Shown one piece after another: positions 39,536 to 48,393 of a stretch of DNA of 64,000 bases. Source of the stretch: a virus; IMG/VR virus record IMGVR_UViG_3300010885_053065, positions 1 through 64,000 of that record. One strand, written 5' to 3'. Under the pieces are notes generated by a model, which did not search any database, was not told the DNA's origin, and saw only the letters and a program-made list of their open reading frames with translations. A program made the translations under genes and the position numbers. Numbering within the stretch: the first letter of the stretch is position 1; the number at the start of each line of letters is the position of its first letter.

Positions 39536-39629
39536 TAGTATAATGGAAGAAATACCCTCTCGCGGGCAAGTGTTGTAGCACTTAAACCCCAGAGGGAGTA
39601 ACTAACCTTAATCCAAGTAAGGAGTCACA
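39536..39629 (+). promoter_or_regulatory. Promoter plus structured 5' leader, copy 2
   Basis: Homologous to 22910-23000. Confidence 0.65.
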
Positions 39630-40340
39630 ATGACAAATTTAACACGATTCGACAAAGACGGAATCGAGATATTAATTGACACTCAGACAGGCGAAAGTTT
39701 TGCTAGTATTTCTGGTTATGCACGGATGGCTAACATCTCAAAACAAGCTATATCTAAAAGATGTACCGTCAACCAATCAGTCCTTAAAACGGCTGAAATA
39801 GATACTACAAGCGGAATTAGAACCGTCAACCTAATTACAGAAGATACTATATGTGAATGGATAATTAAAGACAATCCATTTATGGCAAGTCAACTGCTTA
39901 AACTTGGAGTAAGAATGTTTCTTCATCAATTAGCAGGAATTGAAAAAGAATCTATTACACACACACCTCAATTAACAACAAAAGCAACAGCTATAGAATG
40001 GGGTAAGCATTGCCTATCATTGGGGATACACAACGATGGTTATATTCACGAATTGCTTAAGCAGTTAACCATACAAGAATTATCTTTAGTTCAAAATACA
40101 AAGCAATTAACTTCTACTGTAGAACCAATTAAAGATGTTACTATTTGTACTGTGAGAGCTAATGAGCTTGGTTATACACCTCAACAGTATGGTAATGGAG
40201 CTGCTTTAGGAGCATTTGTTAAAAAAAGAATAACACCAGTTTTCAAAAAGCGTATAGGTCAATTTGCAACATGGCACTATGAAGTTAATAACGAACTAGA
40301 TCATGCAATTCATCAATACTTTAAACAGAAATCATGCTAA
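39630..40340 (+). CDS. Antirepressor-like DNA-binding protein
   Basis: DTQTGESFASISGYARM…SKQAISKR HTH-like region. Confidence 0.6.
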   Translation: MTNLTRFDKDGIEILIDTQTGESFASISGYARMANISKQAISKRCTVNQSVLKTAEIDTTSGIRTVNLITEDTICEWIIKDNPFMASQLLKLGVRMFLHQLAGIEKESITHTPQLTTKATAIEWGKHCLSLGIHNDGYIHELLKQLTIQELSLVQNTKQLTSTVEPIKDVTICTVRANELGYTPQQYGNGAALGAFVKKRITPVFKKRIGQFATWHYEVNNELDHAIHQYFKQKSC

Positions 40341-40759
40341 CTAAAAGAGAAGAAGTAGTAATTGAGGCTAGAAAGTGGCTTGGTACTCAGTGGAACCATG
40401 CTCAAAGCACTCAAGGTGTTCAGGTAGATTGCGTTAACTTTGTTTATGGAGTCGCTAAAGCTTGTGATATTGATTGTGGTAATTTACCTGAAGAATACCC
40501 AAGGTTAAGTGACGGCAAAGAGTTAATAAAGTATTTAGATACCTACTTTAAAGAGACTACTCTTGAAAACGCTAAAATAGGAGATATTCTAGTGTTTAAG
40601 TTCTTTGGTGTTCCTCACCACCTAGGGATTCTAACTAACCTCTTAGGGTATCCAAGTGTCATACATTCCTCAGCAGAATTTATGAAAGTTGTAGAGCATA
40701 TTTTAGATAGTAAGTATGTTAGAGTCTTATCAGGAGTATATAGTTTAGGTTATGAATAA
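40334..40759 (+). CDS. NlpC/P60 tail-associated peptidase
   Basis: ARKWLGT…VDCVNFV…GDIL…HLGI…IHS. Confidence 0.9.
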   Translation: MLTKREEVVIEARKWLGTQWNHAQSTQGVQVDCVNFVYGVAKACDIDCGNLPEEYPRLSDGKELIKYLDTYFKETTLENAKIGDILVFKFFGVPHHLGILTNLLGYPSVIHSSAEFMKVVEHILDSKYVRVLSGVYSLGYE

Positions 40760-41105
40760 AATGTCTGATCAAGTTATACATATAAAAGTTCAAAGAGCTA
40801 ATAAAGAAGACAAGATTTTGGTTGTATCAACAAAAGCAGATAATGATTTAGAGATAGAAAAAATTCCTTTTTCAGGTCGTCTTATTTCCGATGATCCTGA
40901 TTATTGGTTAGATCATTTTTATTTTATTAAAGGACAAAACGTAGGCAATAATCTTGCACAAATAATTGAAAATAACAGAAATTGGATCAAGGAAATACAA
41001 CAGTTAGAAGATTTAGATAATAACTTGCATGGTGAGTCTTCTGAGTCATCATTTTGGTCGGAAATGGAAAATGGGGAAGAGAAGATTAAAAGGGTTAGTT
41101 TATGA
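40752..41105 (+). CDS. Hypothetical protein
   Basis: ORF flanked by a 15-bp direct repeat. Confidence 0.55.
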   Translation: MNKMSDQVIHIKVQRANKEDKILVVSTKADNDLEIEKIPFSGRLISDDPDYWLDHFYFIKGQNVGNNLAQIIENNRNWIKEIQQLEDLDNNLHGESSESSFWSEMENGEEKIKRVSL

Positions 41106-41434
41106 ATAAAATGTTTTTAAGTAAGTTATTTAGTGTCAAAAAACTAGCAAATCTTGTTAAAAAAAGGCTGAAAAAAAGTAGAGAGATTATAGAAGAATCT
41201 AACGGAAGTGAAGGATATTGTGACACAGTGGTTATGTCAGATCCTGTACTCACTTCAATAACTGGATTATCAGAAGATAACAGATGTATTGGTTGTAGTT
41301 ACTACTCAACTAACGGACTCTTACGCTGTGCGGTCAACCCTACACTAGCTGAAAATATTGGTGCGTACTCAATTAATAATTGTGTTGATTTCAAAAGAAG
41401 AGAATTTAAACCCTTTTTCACTACGGTTAAATAA
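41102..41434 (+). CDS. Cys-rich protein (DUF6464-like)
   Basis: CIGCSYY…LRCAVNP…C. Confidence 0.55.
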   Translation: MNKMFLSKLFSVKKLANLVKKRLKKSREIIEESNGSEGYCDTVVMSDPVLTSITGLSEDNRCIGCSYYSTNGLLRCAVNPTLAENIGAYSINNCVDFKRREFKPFFTTVK

Positions 41435-44163
41435 TGGCTGAGTCTTTAGTAATCTCGCTTGCTATAAGTACTGCTGTTGGCTTTATTGGTTCGTTACTTA
41501 CTCCAAAGAAAAAGCCAACACTACCAGATATACCAGGTAGTCAATACGGAAAGACTTTAATTAGGGGTTTTGGTACCTTTGCTGTTGAGGGAAATATGAT
41601 CTTTCCTGAAACTGCTAACCAAGCTTTTAGGATTAGTAGAAGCCGTTCTAAAGGAGGTAAAGGGATACCTCAAAGTCAGTCAGAGAGAGTGTACGGTAAG
41701 TTCATGGCTGTGTTCTGTCAAGGTCAAACTACCTTTGATACTCTCTGGATAAATGGAGTTACTCATGGTGGTAACGGTAGTTACGACGGGTACATGACTC
41801 AGCAAGGGTTTGATTTTTTTGATGGCAGACCTTTGACTATTAACGGAGGTGCTCAACTGCCATGGTCAGATGCTCAAGCCATTAACGGAGCTAATAATAC
41901 ACCTGCTTATACTGGTTTAACTTGTGCGGCTTTCTCTAATCTTGATTTAACCAAGTTAGGGAACACTTTCCCTACTCAGTTCAAGATGAAATTGGTAGAT
42001 GTTGAACTTGGTGCAGAACCATCTTTAGGTGCTGTTGTCAAGGCTATTTGTAAGTTATCAGGATTATCAGATAGTCAGGTTGACACTAGTGATCTTGCTG
42101 GATTTCAGATAGTTGGGTTCGTTATGGATCAATCTGGAGGTTCTTATAAGGATTCAATTAGTCAATTAGCGTCAGCATGGTTGTTTTATCACACTGAGTT
42201 ACAGGATGGTACATTAGCCTTTAGATTCTTTGATAGGAGTTTTACGGGAGATAGCCCATTAATTATTCCTGCTGACGAATTAGGAGCTTATGACGGGGTT
42301 GAGAGCAATTTTCCTTTTAATATTCGTAGAGATTTTATAGATCCACTAGAACTTCCCTCTAAGATATGGTTGACCTTTACTAACCCCAATATTGGTTTCT
42401 ATAGAGATACGGTAGTAGGTGAAGCTCAGTGGGCTAAGCATAAAAATGAACTAAATATAGACTGTTCTAATTGCATCATGACAGCAGGACAGGCTATAAC
42501 CCAAGTCAGCAGAATGATGCAACAGTTCTGGGTGCAAAGAAACAAGTTTAAGTTTACACTGCCTCCTGTCAGTCCTAGTAGTGGGTTTAAGTATATTAAT
42601 CTATCAGTTGGTAACTTACTAGAATTACCTACAGGTGAGGTGGTTCAGATTGAGAAGATTGATATAGGTCTCAATTATATAGTTGAGATAGTTGCACACG
42701 GATATGGTAAATCATCTTCTATTACTGCTGGATCAGGTTCTAGTTCAAGTGTCAGCCCTCCTAGAAGCAATTCAGAGTATACAGACAATATTCCTGTTGG
42801 ATCAACTTCAAATAAGCTAACAATACTCGACATTAATACAATATCTGATAGCGACTCAGAAAGAGGTGTTTATGTTACTGCCTCTGGCTCTAATGTCAAT
42901 GTTCTAGTTTCTATCGATAATGGTACTTCTTACTCAAAAGCTACAACCTTAACTACTCCTGGAATTGTTGTCAATAACGTAACAGGAACGCTAATTAGTT
43001 GGAGTGATACAACAGCAACTGACACGACTAGTACTTTAACAATCCCTCAATCAGTAGGAACTATCTCAAGTATCACTAGTGGTCAAGCAGCTACTCTCAC
43101 AGAGAATGTCGCTTTTGTTGGTTCTACTACAACCGTTAACGGCACTTCAGTCTATAGAGGGGAGATAGTTGTTTTTACTACTGTTACCGTCTCTGGCTCA
43201 AATTATGTTTTGAGTAACTTTACTAGAGGGGTTAGAGGAACAGAGTCTTATATGTCTACTCACGGCACCAATACAGACACTTTTGTCTTATTGAATGGTG
43301 TTGGTGCTAACGTTTCTAGAATCTCGATAGACGATCAATATATTGGAACTAATCTATATTTTCAGACAACTAATAATGACTGGCAAACCTCCTATTCAGA
43401 TCCTTCTGCTACTCAATTTAGTTATCAGGCTATTGGCTTAAAGCCTTACCAACAGAAGAATATAGCGTTTAACTACGATTCTGCACAAAACATTGTTATC
43501 AGTTGGACTAAAGTCCCTAGAGGGATGGCATTAACAACAGGAGAGTTAATTGATTCTTATTCTCTAGATATCCTAAACAATAGTAATGCTGTTGTAAGAA
43601 CCTTAACTAGTGCTTCTCCTGTAGCTATCTACTCCAAGGCTCAGCAGATAACCGACTTTGGTTCAGTCCAAACTAGCTTAAAAGTTAATTTATATAAAGT
43701 TTCTAGTATTGTTGGCAGAGGTTATGTAAGAAGTTTATCAACTACTGTAGCGAGTGCAGGTAGCAGTACTTCTATAGTAGGTGACACAAGTACAGATAGT
43801 TTTAAGGCTACTAAAACCATTACAGCAAACTATACTGTTTTGACTACTGATAATGGTTATTGGATAGTTGTCAATAACGCAAGTCTTACAGGGAGTGTAT
43901 CAATTACAATAACAGTTAGTAATGCGCTCCCATTAGGTTTTAGATGCTATTTTGTTAATCCTTTACCAGTATCTGGCAACAATGTTATTCTTACTTTTGT
44001 GTCTTCTACAAGTGAGCCATTTTATACAACAAATACCCTAAAACCTGATTCAGTTGGCTTATTGTATTTTCATGGTTCAAGTTGGACTTTGAACTCAGGA
44101 AAAGCAGAGTCTGTAGGTGGTTCAGGATTCACTGATATAGAACAATTGAGATTTTTATTATGA
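41434..44163 (+). CDS. Tail tip / host-specificity protein
   Basis: SQYGK..IRGFGT..GNMI, PAYTG, RGVRGTE. Follows the hub and NlpC genes. Confidence 0.85.
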   Translation: MAESLVISLAISTAVGFIGSLLTPKKKPTLPDIPGSQYGKTLIRGFGTFAVEGNMIFPETANQAFRISRSRSKGGKGIPQSQSERVYGKFMAVFCQGQTTFDTLWINGVTHGGNGSYDGYMTQQGFDFFDGRPLTINGGAQLPWSDAQAINGANNTPAYTGLTCAAFSNLDLTKLGNTFPTQFKMKLVDVELGAEPSLGAVVKAICKLSGLSDSQVDTSDLAGFQIVGFVMDQSGGSYKDSISQLASAWLFYHTELQDGTLAFRFFDRSFTGDSPLIIPADELGAYDGVESNFPFNIRRDFIDPLELPSKIWLTFTNPNIGFYRDTVVGEAQWAKHKNELNIDCSNCIMTAGQAITQVSRMMQQFWVQRNKFKFTLPPVSPSSGFKYINLSVGNLLELPTGEVVQIEKIDIGLNYIVEIVAHGYGKSSSITAGSGSSSSVSPPRSNSEYTDNIPVGSTSNKLTILDINTISDSDSERGVYVTASGSNVNVLVSIDNGTSYSKATTLTTPGIVVNNVTGTLISWSDTTATDTTSTLTIPQSVGTISSITSGQAATLTENVAFVGSTTTVNGTSVYRGEIVVFTTVTVSGSNYVLSNFTRGVRGTESYMSTHGTNTDTFVLLNGVGANVSRISIDDQYIGTNLYFQTTNNDWQTSYSDPSATQFSYQAIGLKPYQQKNIAFNYDSAQNIVISWTKVPRGMALTTGELIDSYSLDILNNSNAVVRTLTSASPVAIYSKAQQITDFGSVQTSLKVNLYKVSSIVGRGYVRSLSTTVASAGSSTSIVGDTSTDSFKATKTITANYTVLTTDNGYWIVVNNASLTGSVSITITVSNALPLGFRCYFVNPLPVSGNNVILTFVSSTSEPFYTTNTLKPDSVGLLYFHGSSWTLNSGKAESVGGSGFTDIEQLRFLL

Positions 44164-44489
44164 CGATCACATATACTCCAAAGACTAAAGCAGCAGTAGC
44201 AACTAGTTCTCTTACTACTATCTATACTGTACCAAGTGACACTACAACTAGAGTAGAGAAAATTACTATTACAAATGGTGCAACAGCAGGTACAGTCACG
44301 CTTAAATTTTACGATGCAAGTGCTACCACATCTTATTTTTTAGCTTGTAACGCTTATCCAATAGCTGCTAACGCACTAAGGGAAATAGCGGGTGAGATAC
44401 TAGAAACGGGCGATTATCTTCAAATTAGTGCAGCTACTACAACCGATCTGACTGTTAAACTGAACTACGTAGAGGCGGTTGTAAGCTAA
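44160..44489 (+). CDS. Putative virion structural protein
   Basis: Thr-rich beta protein with TIYTVP and LETGD motifs. Confidence 0.6.
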   Translation: MTITYTPKTKAAVATSSLTTIYTVPSDTTTRVEKITITNGATAGTVTLKFYDASATTSYFLACNAYPIAANALREIAGEILETGDYLQISAATTTDLTVKLNYVEAVVS

Positions 44490-45265
44490 TGTTTTTAAGA
44501 TCTCCTAGACCTGATTTACTAGAGACTAGAGATAACTTTGGGATTGTGGCAAGTAGTTTAGGTGACAATAATTTAAAAAGCAATTTGCTAAGTTATTGGG
44601 ATCTAACACCTGCCTCTAGTTATAATGATCTAACAAATAATGGTAGTAACTTAACGTTAATTAATTCTCCTAGTGGAGATAATACAAATGGTGTATTATT
44701 AAATGGTACTAATCAATATTTATCGGTTGCTAGTAATTCGTATCTTCAATTTACTAGTAGCGATTTTACTATAGCTGGTTGGATCAATCCAACTTCTTTA
44801 GCTGCCAACGGAAGTTACAATTTTATTGTTTGCCAAGACAATATTGGGGTTGGTAGAAATTGGGGGGTTATTTATGATCCGACTACTGCAGATACTAAAT
44901 TAAATTTTCAAATTTTTAACTCATCTGGATCAGCTTTCTCTGTTAAATCAAACTTTCAACCAACAATAAATAATTGGTATTTTTTAGTTGCAACACACTC
45001 TACCTCTGCAAAAAAAATTACATTTATTGTTTTTGAAGGGTCTACCACTACACCTGTTTACGCAGGTGTAGTGACTTACACAGGAACTTTGGCAACAAAT
45101 TCTTTACTAACTACTTTTGGTTGCGTTTTAATTTCTGGTAGTCCAAATTTTTATTTTAATGGTAGGTTAAAGCAATGGGGTATTTGGTCTAGAACATTAA
45201 CAGGATCAGATATTCTGCAACTGCATAATAGCGGTAATGGGTTATTTTTTTCTTCGCTAGATTAG
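44489..45265 (+). CDS. LamG/concanavalin A-like tail protein
   Basis: LNGTNQYL, FTIAGWI, WYFLVAT, FNGRL…IWSRTLT. Confidence 0.85.
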   Translation: MFLRSPRPDLLETRDNFGIVASSLGDNNLKSNLLSYWDLTPASSYNDLTNNGSNLTLINSPSGDNTNGVLLNGTNQYLSVASNSYLQFTSSDFTIAGWINPTSLAANGSYNFIVCQDNIGVGRNWGVIYDPTTADTKLNFQIFNSSGSAFSVKSNFQPTINNWYFLVATHSTSAKKITFIVFEGSTTTPVYAGVVTYTGTLATNSLLTTFGCVLISGSPNFYFNGRLKQWGIWSRTLTGSDILQLHNSGNGLFFSSLD

Positions 45266-45273
45266 AGTTAATA

Positions 45274-45960
45274 TTAATCAACATCTGATTGGTTGGATTG
45301 AGCAATATAAGAGATTAACTCAAGAAATCTACCACCACGCTTAGTAGATATCAATTGCTCTGTTGAGTGAAAATCTAATACTGAGTAGAGTTTAAATAGA
45401 TTCTGAGATTTGTAGACACCTGATAGTATCTCTGTCTTAGTGCATCCAAGAGACATTAACAGTTCAAAATAACCTAAAAACTCTATTAGCTCTTGTCTAT
45501 TTATAGTAAGTAGATTTATCTCAAAAAGTACAGGAAATATTTCTCTACTATTAGCTTCTTTAGCTAAGAATAAAATATGCTTTTGTCCAGATTCAGCTAT
45601 AGCAATAGTAAAAGGCGGTTCAGGAGGGTTAACAAGCCATTCTCTAATCTGTGGTCTTGTGGGTAAGTCGGTTACTCTATCACCTTCAATCTTAGGGTAA
45701 GACTCTTTCTCTGAAATTAACCAAGACCAACAACGACCAAATAATAGTACTTCTTTTTGACTATGTGGATTATAGTATTTAAGTCTTAGAGGGATAACGT
45801 AATGACAACGATCACATAACTTATCAGAGGTTGGAGACTTAGCTGAACTGTGAGCCGTGAAACTGTCTTTTAGTATTCCTTCTTTAGGTTTGGTGGCAGG
45901 AATTGAACCACAGAGATAGCATGAGTCTTTTATTTTAGTGTCACTAGTCACGTCACTCAC
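45274..45960 (-). CDS. csf1: Type IV CRISPR large subunit Csf1 (Cas8-like)
   Basis: CYLCG…LCDRC Zn finger and NPPEPPF…SGQKH. Confidence 0.8.
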   Translation of the reverse strand: MSDVTSDTKIKDSCYLCGSIPATKPKEGILKDSFTAHSSAKSPTSDKLCDRCHYVIPLRLKYYNPHSQKEVLLFGRCWSWLISEKESYPKIEGDRVTDLPTRPQIREWLVNPPEPPFTIAIAESGQKHILFLAKEANSREIFPVLFEINLLTINRQELIEFLGYFELLMSLGCTKTEILSGVYKSQNLFKLYSVLDFHSTEQLISTKRGGRFLELISYIAQSNQSDVD

Positions 45961-46046
45961 CTTGGCTTTGGTAATAGTTCTCTTGGAGAGTTGGGAGATT
46001 TGTGTGCTATGTCACTAAACACGACACTTGCCTTGGCTTTGGTAAT
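45940..46046 (-). CRISPR. Mini-array: repeat (46011-46046), 35-bp spacer, repeat (45940-45975)
   Basis: Two 36-bp degenerate repeats. The 46011 copy is 28/36 identical to the main array repeat. Confidence 0.7.
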
Positions 46047-46319
46047 ACTAAAATTGTGAACTGCATAAAGAGAAGTGACATCCTCAAAAATGATTTTCTC
46101 TTTAATTTTGAGATCTTCTAGGCTATCGTAATCTACAGGCTCTCCATCTTCGGTGAGCAAGAATATATCCTGAGCGCCTATTCTGAGTGCATAAACTACA
46201 TCAGGACGACTAGGCAGTGAGACGCTGTAAAGGGTATATTGTCCCATACTAATAAGGCTTAAAACAGCATCTGGGAGTTTACTGAGACGACTTTTTGGGA
46301 TGGACGAAGTGGTGATCAT
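45957..46319 (-). CDS. Hypothetical protein whose C-terminus reads through the mini-array
   Basis: GAGAGGA RBS, 120 aa, lies between repeats. Confidence 0.5.
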   Translation of the reverse strand: MITTSSIPKSRLSKLPDAVLSLISMGQYTLYSVSLPSRPDVVYALRIGAQDIFLLTEDGEPVDYDSLEDLKIKEKIIFEDVTSLYAVHNFSITKAKASVVFSDIAHKSPNSPRELLPKPR

Positions 46320-46496
46320 GGCTCTATCCTCTCTTTATTAGCTAATCTCAAAGTTGTAACAGATTACCAACTTGTTACCAAAAGATGATGGTGGCTAAAG
46401 TGAAGTAAATGGGTATTAATGGTTAACTAAGCATTATGCTCAATTTATGGATTACATTCTACCTACAATCTAGCTCACTAAAAATATTTATTTCTG

Positions 46497-46532
46497 GTCA
46501 CTAAACGCGTCACTTACCTTGGCTTTAGCAGT
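46497..46532 (-). repeat. Third CRISPR-like repeat
   Basis: GTCACTAAACGCGTCACTTACCTTGGCTTTAGCAGT (+), related to the 46011 copy. Confidence 0.7.
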
Positions 46533-46546
46533 AGCCTGTCTTTAGT

Positions 46547-46807
46547 TCAAGAGTAGATCAATTCAGCTATTCGTTTTTCCTCAGCCAGAAATTTTAATAA
46601 GTTATCGGGAAGCGGAACAGCTTGTAACTCAATCCAGTACAAACAATGTCTTGGCGCAAATTCTATATCACGATCTGTAGAAGATCCTACGGGAAAGCCA
46701 TTCATGTCTAAATATCTCAACACATCAAACAACTCCTCTTTGTCTTTTGTCCTAAATATCAACTTTGAAGAATTGCGAGGTGACTGCAAATATATTTCAT
46801 ACATCAT
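46547..46807 (-). CDS. Hypothetical protein
   Basis: 86 aa ORF. Confidence 0.5.
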   Translation of the reverse strand: MMYEIYLQSPRNSSKLIFRTKDKEELFDVLRYLDMNGFPVGSSTDRDIEFAPRHCLYWIELQAVPLPDNLLKFLAEEKRIAELIYS

Positions 46808-46809
46808 TT

Positions 46810-47165
46810 TTACCTTAATAGATGATAAACTTTATTGTTACACAACAAAAAACTTTTACCTATTTTCTCCAAACCTTTATTTAATATGTTGATTGCTGCA
46901 TTTTGATCCCTATCTAAAACACATTGACAGTGTGGGCATTGATGCAGTCTTACACTTAAAAGTTTTGGCACTTTTTCACCGCAACTTGAGCAATTCTGAG
47001 AAGTGTTGTGGGGGTTAACTTCTATTACTTGAACTCCAAACTTAGAAGCTATTTCCTTTAGTCTTAAAACAAAATAACCCCATGCTGCATTAGAAATAGC
47101 TTTAGAAGGATTTTCACAGTAAATTTTTGCATAACAGGATCGGTAGAGCCAAAACTTTTTTCATA
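46810..47165 (-). pseudogene. tnpB: Internally deleted tnpB remnant
   Basis: Manual translation: IYCENPSKAISNAAWG…EVNPHNTSQNCSSCGEKVPK…QCPHC…DRDQNAAINI. No in-frame start. Upstream hairpin GCCTAGA-TTAC-TCTAGGC. Confidence 0.85.
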
Positions 47166-47232
47166 TGACACTCCGATAGTTTTTATTAGCGAGAAATCAA
47201 AAAGCCTAGAGTAATCTAGGCTGATAGTGTGG

Positions 47233-47297
47233 TTTAGTATTCCTTCTTTAGATTTGGTGGCAGGAATCGAACCACAAAGATAGCAAGAGTCTTTCAC
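47233..47297 (-). pseudogene. Truncated duplicate of the csf1 5' end
   Basis: 47233-47294 is 58/62 identical to 45869-45930 (KDSCYLCGSIPATK.KEGIL). Confidence 0.9.
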
Positions 47298-47311
47298 GCA
47301 ATCTACAAATA

Positions 47312-47671
47312 TTATTTAAGTTTTTTCTCTATTGTAGTGGTGATGGTCTGATTGATAATCATAAGCTCTTTCTTGTTTTCGGTAATAGTTATAGTATGTT
47401 TGGTATCTTCTCTTACAGAATTTACTTCTGTATCATCTCTATTGGTATTAATAACTTTTTTAGAATAATCTACATCATACTCAATTCTTTTTATGTTGCA
47501 TGTTTTAGGTTGTAAATTACAACTGGGTTGAATACTGGTAGAGCATCTATTTAAATTTGATATTTTGCAAGCTGGCGTGTTTTTAAGAGTCTCAAGATCT
47601 TCTGCTAGCACACTATTTGTATTTACTTCTAATGCAATAAAAAGTAATAAAATAAACAATGAAATACGCAT
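47312..47671 (-). CDS. Secreted hypothetical protein
   Basis: N-terminal signal peptide and four Cys. Confidence 0.55.
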   Translation of the reverse strand: MRISLFILLLFIALEVNTNSVLAEDLETLKNTPACKISNLNRCSTSIQPSCNLQPKTCNIKRIEYDVDYSKKVINTNRDDTEVNSVREDTKHTITITENKKELMIINQTITTTIEKKLK

Positions 47672-47789
47672 AAGTTAAACCCCTGTTTCTTTATGATTTA
47701 TTAATATTTTAACAACAAAATATAGTTTTCTGTATACACTTTTCATTGTTTTAAGATATTCTCGTTTTATATTTAATAGTTCCGATAAT

Positions 47790-48374
47790 TTAAACAAACA
47801 CTCCACAACCTAACTTGTGTTTACCGCCAATACCTGACACTTGAAGCTTAATAGAATCTTCTTTACTTAAGTTAAATGCTTTAGCTTTAAACCCTACTAC
47901 AGTATAATTCCTCTCACTTCTTGGGATGCGTATTGTCAGTCTTTCTAATACTTCAATATCTGCTTTAATCTCTAACTTATCTAGTTGTTTATCTGCTGCT
48001 ATTTTAAATAGCTCTGGAGTGACAGCATTCTTGATTACAACCAATCTAGCTATTAACTCTGTTTTACCTTCTAGCATCCTATATAAAGGGTTTCCTAGCC
48101 TTATTTGGTAGCGCATTATCTTAAGGTTAGAGTCTTTAAGTTTAGTAAATAACTTGGCGTTATCTATAGTTGTTCTGATTAACAAAGTAGATTTATCTGT
48201 TAATTTAATCTCTCCATTGTTGTTAGGGAGTCCAGTTATTGTGTTAATAAAAACTTCCTCTAGACTATGGAGTTCTTGTATTTTTGAACACAAAGCAGAG
48301 TATAGATAATAATTATGGTCAGCATAGAGAGACTGACCATAAACAGGGAATAGAATATCAACAAATTGAGACAA
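47790..48374 (-). CDS. cas6: Cas6 endoribonuclease (Myxan/Cmx6-like)
   Basis: VDILFPV…ADHNYYLYSAL and C-terminal G-loop GIGGKHKLGCGVF. Confidence 0.9.
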   Translation of the reverse strand: MSQFVDILFPVYGQSLYADHNYYLYSALCSKIQELHSLEEVFINTITGLPNNNGEIKLTDKSTLLIRTTIDNAKLFTKLKDSNLKIMRYQIRLGNPLYRMLEGKTELIARLVVIKNAVTPELFKIAADKQLDKLEIKADIEVLERLTIRIPRSERNYTVVGFKAKAFNLSKEDSIKLQVSGIGGKHKLGCGVFV

Positions 48375-48393
48375 GTTAAATTAATTTCTCCAG

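Noticed and set aside
47064-47297. 77-aa ORF as an independent gene
   Set aside because: It is a chimera of the csf1 5' duplicate and out-of-frame IS sequence.
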